Shown one piece after another: positions 40,001 through 49,770 of a DNA stretch of 64,000 bases. Every line of letters starts with the position of its first letter. Position 1 is the stretch's first letter. This DNA is from Rubripirellula sp. (GTDB lineage: Bacteria > Planctomycetota > Planctomycetia > Pirellulales > Pirellulaceae): NCBI GenBank assembly GCA_965216875.1, contig OZ244207.1:5248001-5312000 (forward strand), read 5' to 3'. The notes below the pieces were generated by a model. It worked only from the letters and a program-made list of their open reading frames with translations, was not told the origin of the DNA and did no database searches. The position numbers and the translations under genes are program-made.

Positions 40001-42681
40001 ACCGAAACGTTTCGCGGCGGATAGCCCGCCATCGCCATCTGTTTTCCAAGATCTTCCAGAACAATTGCATCGCGTCTGCCATCGCCATCGACATCGCCCC
40101 ACTTGACGCTGCTGGACGGGTTCACGTGCAAGTCGACCTTCGTTTTGACTTGGCCATTGCTTGAATCAATGGAAACAATCTGCTGGCCAGCGAGACAAAC
40201 GATGTCACCGTCGACTCGGCGAGGGCGGTCGGGCATGTAACGGTGTTCGCCACCTCGATAGCTTCTGCTGCTGCGTTCGCGTTTCAAGACACCTCGTGAA
40301 ATCGAACTACTACCACCGCCGCCCGAACTGACCGACCCCATCCCTTTCACGAACCACCGAAATTTATACGGCACCTCGACGCCAGGAAGCATCGCAAACG
40401 AGTCTTCGCTAAAGTCGTGTCGCCAAAGCGTGTCCCCGCTCGCACCCGAAATCGCCTCGGCCCACAACGTCACCTTGGCCGGAGGCAACTTACTCAGAAA
40501 CGTTGTGTCGAGAACGGGCGCGGAATTGCCTGGTTGGCCTTGGTCCGAAATATCACCAAAGATTGCGCACCAGTCTTCGACGCCATCTCCATCGAGATCG
40601 CCCAGCGAAATCGGCTCGTAGAGTGTCGCGCTAAGCACTTGTTGCCGTGGTGGATTCGCCTTCTCGAGGTCGGCGCCTCGCGGAGCAAACCAGAGCACGC
40701 TCATGTCTTTGCCAGACAATGCCAACAACCACGCTTGATGCTGGCCAGCCAAAACAAAATCAGCAACTCCGTCGTCGTTGATATCCGTGGCTAAGGTTTG
40801 GTCGTCCGAATACTCATCGGCCTGCCCGACCACGAACGGTCGCATGTCGAATTTTCCGTAGCCCGTGTGTGACGAGCTGTAGACCGCTTGATCAGTCCAC
40901 CAGCGAAATCCGGGAGAGTCGGCCACCCACTGGGGAGCGTCCTCGGGATTTTTGAGGTCGTTTTGACTTGGAATCGCACAGACTTGCATCACCGATTCGT
41001 TTGCATTGCCATCACGGAGCAGTCGGTCAAGCTGGACTCCTGTTTTGTCAAAGCGGATTGCAAATGCAGTGTGTTGTTGCGGCCCCTCGAGTGTTCCTTT
41101 GCAACGAACGACTCGCATTGCACGATCGAACTGGATCTGTTTGCCGATCGCGATATCTTGCAGATTGACTTGAAAGTCACGCCATTGGCCCGCAATCAAA
41201 CTTGTTCTGAACGTCTGACTAAGCTTTCCGTCGCCGGAAACTTGTAGTCGAACGTCTCCGGATGGCACTTCGATCGGTTGTTGCATCGGGATCGTGAACG
41301 GACCGACGACAACGTTGTCGTCGGCGTCAACCAATTCGCCCACAAGTGGCGGTGTGTCCGTTTGGATTTGCAACTCGGCGAGTTGGGCCTGTTGGATCCC
41401 AAAGTAACTAAAGAGGCTCGCCGTGATCAGAAGCGTCGTGACCGCAACGCTACCAAGAGCCAACTTGAAGCTCTGTTTTTGTCGTTTGATCGAGCGAACC
41501 AGCAGCTCAATCGGGCTCGGACGGCGAGCGCGAATCGGACGCATTTCGGCAAAGGCTCGAAGATCATCGGCTAGCTCTTGCGCCGTTTCGTACCGATCCT
41601 CGGGATCTTTCGCCAAGCAGGTCATCACGATCGTTTCGAGATCACGAGAAATGGCGGGACGCACAGCGCTGATCGGCTTGGGCCTGTCCGACAGAATCTG
41701 TTGCAACACACCATGCGGCGTGTCCGATTCAAACACCGGTTGCCTTGTTAGCAGTTCATAAAGCGTCGCCCCGAGACTGTAGATATCGGTCCGATGATCG
41801 ATGCTGCGGAGCTTCGAGACCGACGCTTGCTCGGGGCTCATGTAACGGGGCGTTCCGAGCAACGCACCGGTCATGCTGAGGGAAACATCGTCGAGCCGTT
41901 TGGCCAACCCAAAGTCAGTCAGCCAAACTCGATGGTCATCATCAAGAATCAAGTTGGACGGTTTTACATCGCGATGAATCACGTTGCGACGGTGAGCATG
42001 TTCCAATGCTTCGGCCGCCTGCAATCCCCAATCGGCAATCGTGTCATCATCGAGTCGGCGCGACGCGCGCGTCTTGTCTTCGGAAACGTCTTTGCGCAAC
42101 ACGCGATCGAGGCTCTCGCCTTCGATGTATTGCATCGCGTAGTAGTTGACACCTTTGTCGGTGCCGACCGAAAAGATCGGAACAATATTCGTATGGTGAA
42201 GGTTGGCGACCGTTTCGGCTTCGCGCTGAAATCGGTCGACTGCGTCGGAATCGCTGCCGCCGCCGTAGCGCATGATCTTCAGCGCAACGCGCCGACCGAG
42301 AGAGACTTGGTTCGCCTCGTAAACCGCCCCCATGCCGCCACGCCCGATTTCACGGCCGATTTCAAAGTCGCCAATGCGTTTGGGTTCAGCTTGTGACTCG
42401 CGCCCATGCAACTCGGGCCCATGCAAGAACTCGATCCCGGCCAAACATGCCTCCAACCGATCGGCCAAATCGGGATGCTCGGCAAGGAGCTGCTCGCGCG
42501 AGACTGCTTTTCCGGCGGCCTGGTCAGCGACGTACTTGTCCAGAATCTCGACCAGTCGCACCGCCTCGGCGTCAGCTGCAAAATCGTCGGTCGTCGCCAG
42601 TCCATCGCTCGGCAGTCCATCGCTCGGCAGTCCATTACTGGGCTCGGGCGGGGGGTCGGTCGATTGGGGCTGCTCGGCCAT
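37075..42681 (-). CDS. Membrane Ser/Thr protein kinase with large FG-GAP/PQQ-like beta-propeller region and C-terminal TM bundle
   Basis: IGRGGMGAVY, VALK, HRDVKPSN, DFG, GTPRYMSPEQ; one TM; many DxDGDG repeats; about five C-terminal hydrophobic helices. Confidence 0.92.
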   Translation of the reverse strand: MAEQPQSTDPPPEPSNGLPSDGLPSDGLATTDDFAADAEAVRLVEILDKYVADQAAGKAVSREQLLAEHPDLADRLEACLAGIEFLHGPELHGRESQAEPKRIGDFEIGREIGRGGMGAVYEANQVSLGRRVALKIMRYGGGSDSDAVDRFQREAETVANLHHTNIVPIFSVGTDKGVNYYAMQYIEGESLDRVLRKDVSEDKTRASRRLDDDTIADWGLQAAEALEHAHRRNVIHRDVKPSNLILDDDHRVWLTDFGLAKRLDDVSLSMTGALLGTPRYMSPEQASVSKLRSIDHRTDIYSLGATLYELLTRQPVFESDTPHGVLQQILSDRPKPISAVRPAISRDLETIVMTCLAKDPEDRYETAQELADDLRAFAEMRPIRARRPSPIELLVRSIKRQKQSFKLALGSVAVTTLLITASLFSYFGIQQAQLAELQIQTDTPPLVGELVDADDNVVVGPFTIPMQQPIEVPSGDVRLQVSGDGKLSQTFRTSLIAGQWRDFQVNLQDIAIGKQIQFDRAMRVVRCKGTLEGPQQHTAFAIRFDKTGVQLDRLLRDGNANESVMQVCAIPSQNDLKNPEDAPQWVADSPGFRWWTDQAVYSSSHTGYGKFDMRPFVVGQADEYSDDQTLATDINDDGVADFVLAGQHQAWLLALSGKDMSVLWFAPRGADLEKANPPRQQVLSATLYEPISLGDLDGDGVEDWCAIFGDISDQGQPGNSAPVLDTTFLSKLPPAKVTLWAEAISGASGDTLWRHDFSEDSFAMLPGVEVPYKFRWFVKGMGSVSSGGGGSSSISRGVLKRERSSRSYRGGEHRYMPDRPRRVDGDIVCLAGQQIVSIDSSNGQVKTKVDLHVNPSSSVKWGDVDGDGRRDAIVLEDLGKQMAMAGYPPRNVSVPRSRVTAWSVATNKMLWQHEITTRPQRRDSWTIDPPDWLMLDDIDGDGCCDVIVPNGTSEKGNYSALPWGGVELVDGKTGKPIWNRMLPNMDQCVEHLAIGPDVDGDGAKEIYAATLWGPEYELYADCLSGADGATVQFGKTSLRRNRRSGREYVLDRIGWWRGGGDVPQLMISAAPRHAGDFRWCWMVEPRTCRFANVVRNADETILSDLDRDGVEELAIVEKAGENLGRDAGGKLSIYQGVTGERWRRLQPSTIAVADLDGDDVRDLISKQGGTLNAYSGATGDPLWETDLPRDVSSELVVASADSSLLTESGDDLHLLGNGPAAIDINGDGFNDLVVGVSRASRQNQDLLIAISGREGRLLWISPVQCSNMDQLVWLEMRDLDGDDRHEVVMVASMDYLYPDDQSISSADKQLWCLVLSSRSGRVRWAKPLTPAFDQSTMTSYRFQTATLEPIWLDANRDGVLDLVLPGDSSDPEKQGSHLELRALDGRSGEQMWAFGLPRTSDPSRSFATWLHGALVSDKDGRPVLVQPVCGQFGTGKEQLRLYAIDATSGQELAQHDYQIEHGYANSSGYGYSWYRTTRPRLEAMKHAGSDAVAIVVRHHDHTSSIEVLGTDLKKLASVPIQFTDRAQRRIRLWTADVDGGDGEELIFPTGNKLVAVSPNDPSTHLWEYAITSESLFDQVFGVDSKTLFRRTQKTNRCEAIDLKTGRLLWHCDGPKVDPSNIAGIDLLSGHRAAGQAKPSGVPIVRFSDHATGAIVGRAARGIEEVTDPVAATDQVDPRLVRPLPGMPGELRWREVRGFLWMALYSVTLMIIPLGFVLYLVWNRQFGLRSLLLAPVVLSIFVFGLSQTGPNGEVRTLVMRLMLAFFATPPTVITLLLLWWVLQQRWRRLAITLGVTVIVTGVLIVMFVVGPSIASSHHPIPGERYSYPGVYRFGFPAAILVSWGMFFLLMIQGLIGTVRRWRRPARVAV

Positions 42682-42817
42682 CTCGGTGTTCTTTCACTCG
42701 TCACATCGGTCGCGGCGCTGCGGCGATGCAGCGTTCCACTGTACCAAGTGCCGAGTCTGATCGGTTCGTTACTGAGATTCTCGAGAATTTCGAAGACAAT
42801 GCGTGAGACGCCGTGTT

Positions 42818-43438
42818 TTATCGACTAACCTGCACGCGGCCATCGTAGTGGATCGCCTTTTGGCGCCCGGCGACCATGTCCCAATCCATTCGGTGCGGCG
42901 GATGGAGGTAGTGACGGTACGCCACCGCCATCTGCCGAGCCACCTCGGAATAAGCCACCCCACCGAATCCAGCGCCCATCGCAGGAAAAACAACGGTGCC
43001 GATCTGATCGGGGTTGGCAACCTTGTGTTGGTAAACCGCAATCAAAGATGCCCATGTCGCGGCATAGACCTTGTCCGTCCCCGCGATCGAACCAGGGACA
43101 CGCATCGTCGGCGAGTGTGCGATGAACGGATAATCCGCAGTGCCGGTTGACTCGATAAACGAAGTGCCGATCGGTTGTTCACCAAGGTATTCGTTCAACA
43201 CTCGATGCTGCACGCGAGCCATCAAGTCTTCGCCGTGAAACCGAACAACGGCCGCGTCGATACCGGCATTCATGATGCCAAAGGAGTTGGCCGCCGTCAC
43301 AAAACAGTCGTGTGGCGGCAAGTCCTCAAAACGGCTTTCAATCACCGTCACATTCGGCAATCCCTCGAAGCGTTGACGAAACGCATCGCACATTTCAGGC
43401 TCGGGATGAATAAGCCATAGATCAATTGGCAGTGCCAT
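42818..43438 (-). CDS. Macro domain (ADP-ribose-binding) protein
   Basis: VTAANSFGIMNAGIDAAV, HSPTMRVP, FPAMGAGFGG. Confidence 0.88.
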   Translation of the reverse strand: MALPIDLWLIHPEPEMCDAFRQRFEGLPNVTVIESRFEDLPPHDCFVTAANSFGIMNAGIDAAVVRFHGEDLMARVQHRVLNEYLGEQPIGTSFIESTGTADYPFIAHSPTMRVPGSIAGTDKVYAATWASLIAVYQHKVANPDQIGTVVFPAMGAGFGGVAYSEVARQMAVAYRHYLHPPHRMDWDMVAGRQKAIHYDGRVQVSR

Positions 43439-43513
43439 AGGGTTTTGGAAGTCTCCGTTTACTGAACGACCATCGTAGCCGATCAACTTCGGGAAACCAA
43501 ATCCGAAAGCGTC

Positions 43514-44500
43514 CTAGGCCTGCCGTTGACTCGCTGCGACCGCATCGATGATCGCATCGAGATCTTTGGTCGGGGCGTAGCCAATCGCTTCGCGAATGCG
43601 CGTCAGGTCAGGGACGCGGCGACGAATGTCTTCGAACGATTCATCGTAGGCATCCGCGTAGCTCTGGAATTCGACCTTCGCCTCGGGATTCACTCGTTCG
43701 ATCACTCGCTCTGCCAATTCGAGAATCGACACGGGCACATCCGAGCCAATGTTGTAAACACGTCCGGCGGCCGCTGGCGTTTCAACCAACGTGACAACCG
43801 CATTGATCACATCAGCCACATGCGCGAAACAGCGAACCTGCGCACCGTCGTCGTGCACCACAAGCGACTTGCCTTGGATCGCGGCATCAACGAATCGCGG
43901 CAGCACCATGCCGTAGGCGCCGGTTTGGCGTGGGCCGACGACGTTAAAGAAGCGGCCAACCACCACGGGCAATTGTTTCTCTTTGTGAAACGCGAGCGCA
44001 AGAAACTCGTCGATCGCTTTGGAAACACCGTAGCTCCACCGCGGCTTGGTCGTTGCACCAAAGACCAAGTCGTCTTCTTCGGTCCAAGTCTCCTTCGGGT
44101 TTTTTCCATAGACTTCGCTGGTACTTGCGATAAAGCAGGGAACGAAGTCGCCCTTTTCGGCGCGCTGGCCAAGTCGATCCAAAATCAGCTGCGTTGGATA
44201 GACGTTGCGCTCGATCGTTTGAATCGGCTGCTTTGCGATCAGGGCAACGCCGACAGCGGCCGCAAGGTGATAAACACGGTCGGCGCGATCCACCACATCG
44301 GCCACCAGCTGCTCGTCCTCAACTGTCCCTTCGACATATTCCAATCGCTCGTGGGAAATAATGTCCTTGAGGTTGCCTTTTTGGCCGGTCGACAAATCAT
44401 CAACAATGATGACTCGGTGTCCGTCATCCAACAGACGCGAAGCCAGATGCGATCCGATAAAACCAGCCCCACCGGTAATCAGACAAGTTTGTGATGTCAC
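43514..44500 (-). CDS. NAD-dependent epimerase/dehydratase (nucleotide-sugar)
   Basis: TGGAGFIGSH, HLAAAVGV, STSEVYGK, YGVSK, RFFNVVGPRQ. Confidence 0.93.
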   Translation of the reverse strand: MTSQTCLITGGAGFIGSHLASRLLDDGHRVIIVDDLSTGQKGNLKDIISHERLEYVEGTVEDEQLVADVVDRADRVYHLAAAVGVALIAKQPIQTIERNVYPTQLILDRLGQRAEKGDFVPCFIASTSEVYGKNPKETWTEEDDLVFGATTKPRWSYGVSKAIDEFLALAFHKEKQLPVVVGRFFNVVGPRQTGAYGMVLPRFVDAAIQGKSLVVHDDGAQVRCFAHVADVINAVVTLVETPAAAGRVYNIGSDVPVSILELAERVIERVNPEAKVEFQSYADAYDESFEDIRRRVPDLTRIREAIGYAPTKDLDAIIDAVAASQRQA

Positions 44501-44878
44501 AACAATTCAGACGAGTATCAAGGAATGGTGATCAAGGCCAGCGTTATGCCCGGTCGTTCACTGCCGTGGACCTGCGGCCGCCCGCCAATCCATGGCGGCT
44601 TGTGGCAACAGGGTAGTGGGGAGAGTCGATGGAGCACCAGTGGGCGATGTTAGGGGAGAAAAGCCCTCCGTAGAGGGAACGTACGTGAGACGACAAGTGA
44701 CAGTTCAGCTGGTTCGTCTCGATCGGTGCAAATGACCGCAAAATCCAGTGTTGGGCAGAGTTTAACGAATGGGTAAGGTGAACGGACGAACTATCAAGTC
44801 TTTTCAACCACCGCTAAACTAATTGGTTCTTTCGGGTCCGCGACTGGCAACGCGAAGGTTGTTTGATCGTGTGGAAAC

Positions 44879-47800
44879 ATGTCCTCTTTTTGTCTCCTCT
44901 GGAGTGTTCGTGTGATAAGGCAGATCGCGTGCCTTGAAAGTCGCCCTAACTCAATCCCCGCCGGCCGCTGCTGGCTAGGTCTTTGGGCGTTGGTCGTTTT
45001 GTCTTTTTGCAGTACCGAAGTACGCGCACAGCAAGATCAAGGCAAATCGAGCGAAGAAGCGATGGCGGCTTATGCCGATGCCGCCAACTTCCAAACCAAC
45101 GGTGCCATCGCTCTAGCGATTGATGCATGGGATGACTATTTGGACAAATACCCAGATGACCCGATGGCATCGATGGCTGCGCATTACTTGGGCGTCTGCC
45201 ACATGCAAAAAGAGTCACCCGATCTGGTTGCTGCCGCCAACGCGTTCGCTCGCGCGCTCAAAGACCCCGACTACGATCTCCGCGAAGAGAGTCTCGCCAA
45301 CCATGGCTGGTGCCTGTACTCATCCGCTGGCGAAGGCCAACAGCGCGACGCCGGTCGCTTGCAGCAAGCGCTCGCGGTTTTCACCAAGCTCAAGCAAGAG
45401 TCGCCCGAGAGTCCCTACCTTGATCGAGCCCTCTTTTACAGCGGGGAAGCTTCGTACGGTCTTGGCAAGGCGAGCGACGCGATTGAATTCTACAACGACT
45501 TCCTAGCGCTCAAAGACGCAAAGGACTCGCCACTTCGCTGCGATGCCTTTTACGCGCGCGGTGTTGCTCAGGAAGAGTTGAAGCAGTTCGACAAAGCGGT
45601 CAACTCCTACAAGCAACTTCTTGACGTTTGCGACGATCGACCTGGGCTTGTCACGGATGTCCACATCCGAATGGGTGACCTTGCGATCCTGCAAAAAAAA
45701 TACGACGAGGCGATCACTGCATTTGGCTCCGCGATTGAATCGACCGAATCGCCCGACGATCAAGCCTACGCAATGTTCCGCCAAGCCTATGCGTTGGTCC
45801 AAAACGGAAAACCGGGCCAAGCCTCTGCGATGTACGACTCCCTAGTCAGTCAGTACCCCAAATCACCGTATGCAGCAAACGCCACGCTTGCGTCGGCGCA
45901 AAGTTCCTATCGCAGCGGCGACCTTGATCGTGCCGCAGATCGATTTCGCCAAGTCTTGAAACAAAACAACGCCGAAGCGGCAACCGAAGCAGCGCACTGG
46001 ATCGCGCGGATCGAGTTCTCTCGCGGCAAACCAACCGAAGCCGAAAAAGTAGCCAAACAACAGCTCGATTCGGGTGCAACCGGCCCCTACACGATGGCAT
46101 TGAATCTCGATCTGGCAGAAGCCTATTCGATGGATCCAGCCAAAGTCGAACAATCGATCACGCTTTTCGAAAAAGCCTATCGGCAAAGCCCACGCGACCC
46201 GCTGGCGCCTCGCGCACTCTACAACGCAGCCTTCTCGGCATTGCAAACAGGCAAGTCGGAACAGGCACTTAAACTCGCTACGGAGTTCATCCGTGCCTTT
46301 CCGAGTGACACACTTGTTCCGGACGTCCGCTTCGTTGCGGCCGAAAGCCAGCTGCTAACGGGCAACCCGTCTGACGCAGCCGACACCTACAAGCAGCTAC
46401 TCAATACCACCCAAGCATCCAACAGCCAGCGTCCGATGTGGTTGCTTCGCGCCGCAGCTGCTTGTAATTCGGCGCGAAAGTTCGACGACACGATCAAACT
46501 GATTCGTGACAACCGCCAAACACTCAAACAACCTGCGCAGCGCGCCGAAGCCCAGTTCATGCTTGGCCAGGCCTTGCTGTATTCGAACCGCGCCTCCGAA
46601 GCAGTCAATGCGTTTCAAGCGAGTCGCAATGCCGACTCCTCTTGGGCTCGATCCGACGAAGCGGCACTCATGACAGGCCAAGCTCAACTTACCTCTGGCG
46701 ATGCCGCTGCCGCGCAAACGACATGGACGTCCCTGGTCAAGCAATCGCCAACAACCGCCGCAGCCGATCAGGCACGCTATCGATTGGCTCAGCGAGCCAA
46801 CGCAAGCGGGCGGTTCGCCGACGCGGTGAGCTACTACGACCAGATCCTGCAATCACGCAAATCCGCTGGGACCGTTCCCTTTGCTCTATACGGCAAGGGT
46901 TGGTCGCTCATCCAAATCGGCAGACACCGCGACGCATTGAAGCCACTTAACGAAGTGCTTGATCAATACCAACAACACTCCGTTCGCAACGACGCAACAC
47001 TCGCTCGCGGCATCGCACTTCGAAACCTCGATCAACTTGATCAAGCGAAACTCGACCTCGAAAACTACCTCGCGATTCCACCGCAAGGTACCAATCTCGG
47101 GCATGCTCTTTACGAACTTGCTTTGATCGACCAACAACAAGATTCGCCTGGCAGCGCCGCGAAACGGCTCAAACGACTCGTCAATGAAGTCCCCGACTAT
47201 CCTGGACTTGAAAAAGTGTTGTATGAACTCGGATGGTCGCTCAAGGAGAGTGGCGATGCCGAAGGCGCGATCGAGCAGTTCGATGTTTTGATTTCTCGCT
47301 ACGGCGAGTCACCCTTGGCGTCGGAAGCTGCCTACTTCGTTGGCCAACGACAATACTCAGAAAGCCAATGGCAAGAAGCCGCCAAGAGCTTCCAGGTCGC
47401 GGCAAGCTATACCGACGATGCCACCCTTTCTGAAAAAGCGCTCTATCGGCTCGGCTGGTCGCACTTCAAGTCGGGTGACTTTGATGCGGCAAGCAATGCG
47501 TTCCAACAACAGTCGTCCAAACATCCCGATGGAAAGCTGACGCTCGATGCGTTGATGATGGTGGGCGAATGCCAATTCAAACAAGCAAACTACCAAGCCG
47601 CCCTTGCAGCGTTTGTTCCGGCGAGACAGCGTATCCGAGCGGCGGGTGACAACTCGAAAACGATTCGTGATTCGGCCGAACGCCAAGTCCGCGAACTGAT
47701 TCTGCTACACGGTGGCCAAAGCGCCGGACAACTCAAACAATGGCAAGACGCGATCGGTTGGTTTGACGAACTGAGAGAGCGTTTTCCGGCAACCGTCTAT

Positions 47801-48229
47801 TTGCCGCAAACATTCTACGAAACCGGCTTTGCCTATCAGCAAAAAGGGGACGACGAAAACGCCCTCAAGTTCTTTGGCGAAGTCGCCGCCAATTACCGCA
47901 ACGAAGTGGCGGCGCGGGCGAGATTCATGATGGGCGAAATCCATTTCGGCCAACAAGCGTTTGACAAGGCGATCCCCGAATTCCAACGGGTCATGTACGG
48001 CTTTGGTGCCGACAAGGCTCCCGATTCCATCAAGAACTGGCAAGCAAAAAGCGGCTTTGAAGCCGGTCGGTGCAGCGAATTGCTCGTCCAGCAAGCAACC
48101 AACAAACAACGCCAACAAAAAGCGATCAACATCGCGAAGGGCTTCTTTGAATACGTGATCGAAAAACACCCTAACCATGAATTGGTCGACAAGTCTCGCC
48201 AACGCCTGGAGGCTTTGACGAAGCAGTGA
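44879..48229 (+). CDS. Large exported TPR protein (CpoB/YbgF-like repeats)
   Basis: Signal-like region ending VRAQ; many TPRs with A.Y..G / ..YP.S patterns; true start may lie slightly downstream. Confidence 0.88.
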   Translation: MSSFCLLWSVRVIRQIACLESRPNSIPAGRCWLGLWALVVLSFCSTEVRAQQDQGKSSEEAMAAYADAANFQTNGAIALAIDAWDDYLDKYPDDPMASMAAHYLGVCHMQKESPDLVAAANAFARALKDPDYDLREESLANHGWCLYSSAGEGQQRDAGRLQQALAVFTKLKQESPESPYLDRALFYSGEASYGLGKASDAIEFYNDFLALKDAKDSPLRCDAFYARGVAQEELKQFDKAVNSYKQLLDVCDDRPGLVTDVHIRMGDLAILQKKYDEAITAFGSAIESTESPDDQAYAMFRQAYALVQNGKPGQASAMYDSLVSQYPKSPYAANATLASAQSSYRSGDLDRAADRFRQVLKQNNAEAATEAAHWIARIEFSRGKPTEAEKVAKQQLDSGATGPYTMALNLDLAEAYSMDPAKVEQSITLFEKAYRQSPRDPLAPRALYNAAFSALQTGKSEQALKLATEFIRAFPSDTLVPDVRFVAAESQLLTGNPSDAADTYKQLLNTTQASNSQRPMWLLRAAAACNSARKFDDTIKLIRDNRQTLKQPAQRAEAQFMLGQALLYSNRASEAVNAFQASRNADSSWARSDEAALMTGQAQLTSGDAAAAQTTWTSLVKQSPTTAAADQARYRLAQRANASGRFADAVSYYDQILQSRKSAGTVPFALYGKGWSLIQIGRHRDALKPLNEVLDQYQQHSVRNDATLARGIALRNLDQLDQAKLDLENYLAIPPQGTNLGHALYELALIDQQQDSPGSAAKRLKRLVNEVPDYPGLEKVLYELGWSLKESGDAEGAIEQFDVLISRYGESPLASEAAYFVGQRQYSESQWQEAAKSFQVAASYTDDATLSEKALYRLGWSHFKSGDFDAASNAFQQQSSKHPDGKLTLDALMMVGECQFKQANYQAALAAFVPARQRIRAAGDNSKTIRDSAERQVRELILLHGGQSAGQLKQWQDAIGWFDELRERFPATVYLPQTFYETGFAYQQKGDDENALKFFGEVAANYRNEVAARARFMMGEIHFGQQAFDKAIPEFQRVMYGFGADKAPDSIKNWQAKSGFEAGRCSELLVQQATNKQRQQKAINIAKGFFEYVIEKHPNHELVDKSRQRLEALTKQ

Positions 48230-49224
48230 AACCGATGACGCCATACCTTCGAAAACCGTCGAAAACAACTTTTACGATGATGCGCTGTGCAATCCTGTGC
48301 ATCTGCGCCGCGTCGATTGCGATGACGTTGTGGGTCCAACCGTCCGCAGCGCAGGATGGTCCACAACCAATCAACGCAGCCGACATCCAAGACATTGTCC
48401 AACAGGATCCCGTGGACGAGGCTAGCGCGCCGCCTCCAAGCGGCATCGATCTACTGACGCTGATCGCACGCGGCGGCAGCTTCATGATCCCGATTGGACT
48501 GATGAGCTTCCTGGTCGTCGCCCTTGCCGCCGAGCGCATGATCAGCCTTCGGCTTAACAAAGTGATGCCGAAAGGCTTGGTAGATGAATTGGAAGAATGC
48601 GCCGATCCCATTGACCGCTTCAATCCAAGTCGCGCCTATCAAGCATGCCTCAATTATCCGTCGTCGGCCTCTCGAGTGATCACGTCGATGCTGATGCGAA
48701 CGGGGCAACCACTCGGCGAAATCGAACGGACCGCCAATGAATCGATTCAACGCGAAGCCGACCAACAATCCTCGGCCATTCGCTGGTTAACCCTGGCCGC
48801 GGCCGCCACGCCGCTAATGGGTTTGCTGGGAACAGTGTGGGGCATGATCGTTGCCTTCCACGAGGCAACCTCACTCACGCCCGACCGCAGTCGCAGCGAG
48901 CAGCTTAGCGAAGGGATTTACACGGCGCTCGTCACCACCTTGGCCGGACTCGTCGTCGCCATCCCCGCGGCGATCCTCGCGTTGTACCTGGAAAACCGTC
49001 TTTCCAAGTTGTTCCACCATGTCGAACAACTCGCCTTTGACATCGCACCGGGACTCGACCGATTCACGGGGCGTCGTCGATTGGATGCCGAAGGAACGAT
49101 GCACTCGATCGAAAGCGCGGCGGCGTCAAAAGCACCGCCGCCTGTCAATTCAGGTGCCCCTCAGCCTCCACCACCTCCGCCCGTCCCATCGAACAAGTCA
49201 CGCGGTGGCGCAAAGGCAGGGTAG
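48226..49224 (+). CDS. exbB: MotA/TolQ/ExbB proton channel protein
   Basis: GGSFMIPI; TPLMGLLGTVWGMIVAF; GIYTALVTTLAGLVVAIPA. Confidence 0.92.
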   Translation: MKPMTPYLRKPSKTTFTMMRCAILCICAASIAMTLWVQPSAAQDGPQPINAADIQDIVQQDPVDEASAPPPSGIDLLTLIARGGSFMIPIGLMSFLVVALAAERMISLRLNKVMPKGLVDELEECADPIDRFNPSRAYQACLNYPSSASRVITSMLMRTGQPLGEIERTANESIQREADQQSSAIRWLTLAAAATPLMGLLGTVWGMIVAFHEATSLTPDRSRSEQLSEGIYTALVTTLAGLVVAIPAAILALYLENRLSKLFHHVEQLAFDIAPGLDRFTGRRRLDAEGTMHSIESAAASKAPPPVNSGAPQPPPPPPVPSNKSRGGAKAG

Positions 49225-49226
49225 CG

Positions 49227-49649
49227 ATGGCTGTCAAAATCAAACGCTCGAGCGTCGCAAGTACGCTCAGCTTGACACCGCTGATCGACGTCGTCTTCTT
49301 GCTGTTGATTTTCTTTCTGGTCACCAGCGAGTTCGAAGAGGAAGAACGCCGACTCGACATCGTGTTGCCCACGGCAACCAGTGCTGCGCCGATGGTCAAC
49401 AAGCCTCGCGAAATCGTTGTCGACATCGATTCAGAAGGCCAGACTTATCTGGGCGGACAACCCACCAGCCTGGGTGAACTGCAGAAGCTGCTACAAAATG
49501 CGGTAGCAAGCAATCCAACAAACCAAACGGTGGTGATTCGAGCGGATCACACCACAACGTTTCAGCCTGTCGTCAACGTCATGGATCTTTGCAACAAGAC
49601 GGGTGTCAGCGACTATTCCGTCACGACACAAGAAGGTCCCGAAGGCTAA
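49227..49649 (+). CDS. exbD: ExbD/TolR biopolymer transport protein
   Basis: LTPLIDVVFLLLIFFLV (conserved Asp); VVIRAD; VVNVMD. Confidence 0.93.
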   Translation: MAVKIKRSSVASTLSLTPLIDVVFLLLIFFLVTSEFEEEERRLDIVLPTATSAAPMVNKPREIVVDIDSEGQTYLGGQPTSLGELQKLLQNAVASNPTNQTVVIRADHTTTFQPVVNVMDLCNKTGVSDYSVTTQEGPEG

Positions 49650-49770
49650 AAGCACACAGGCTAGACAGCACGAAGGCCCGACAACACGCAGGTTCCAAAG
49701 CGTGCAGGTAAAAGAGCCCGAAGCTTAGTAAGTCCCAGGGTTATCAAACCGTCACGATTGATCACAAACC

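Noticed and set aside
49650..49770. Degenerate short repeats (GAAGGCCCGA / AGCAC..AGG) between exbD and the next gene
   Set aside because: Too irregular to define a repeat unit or structure
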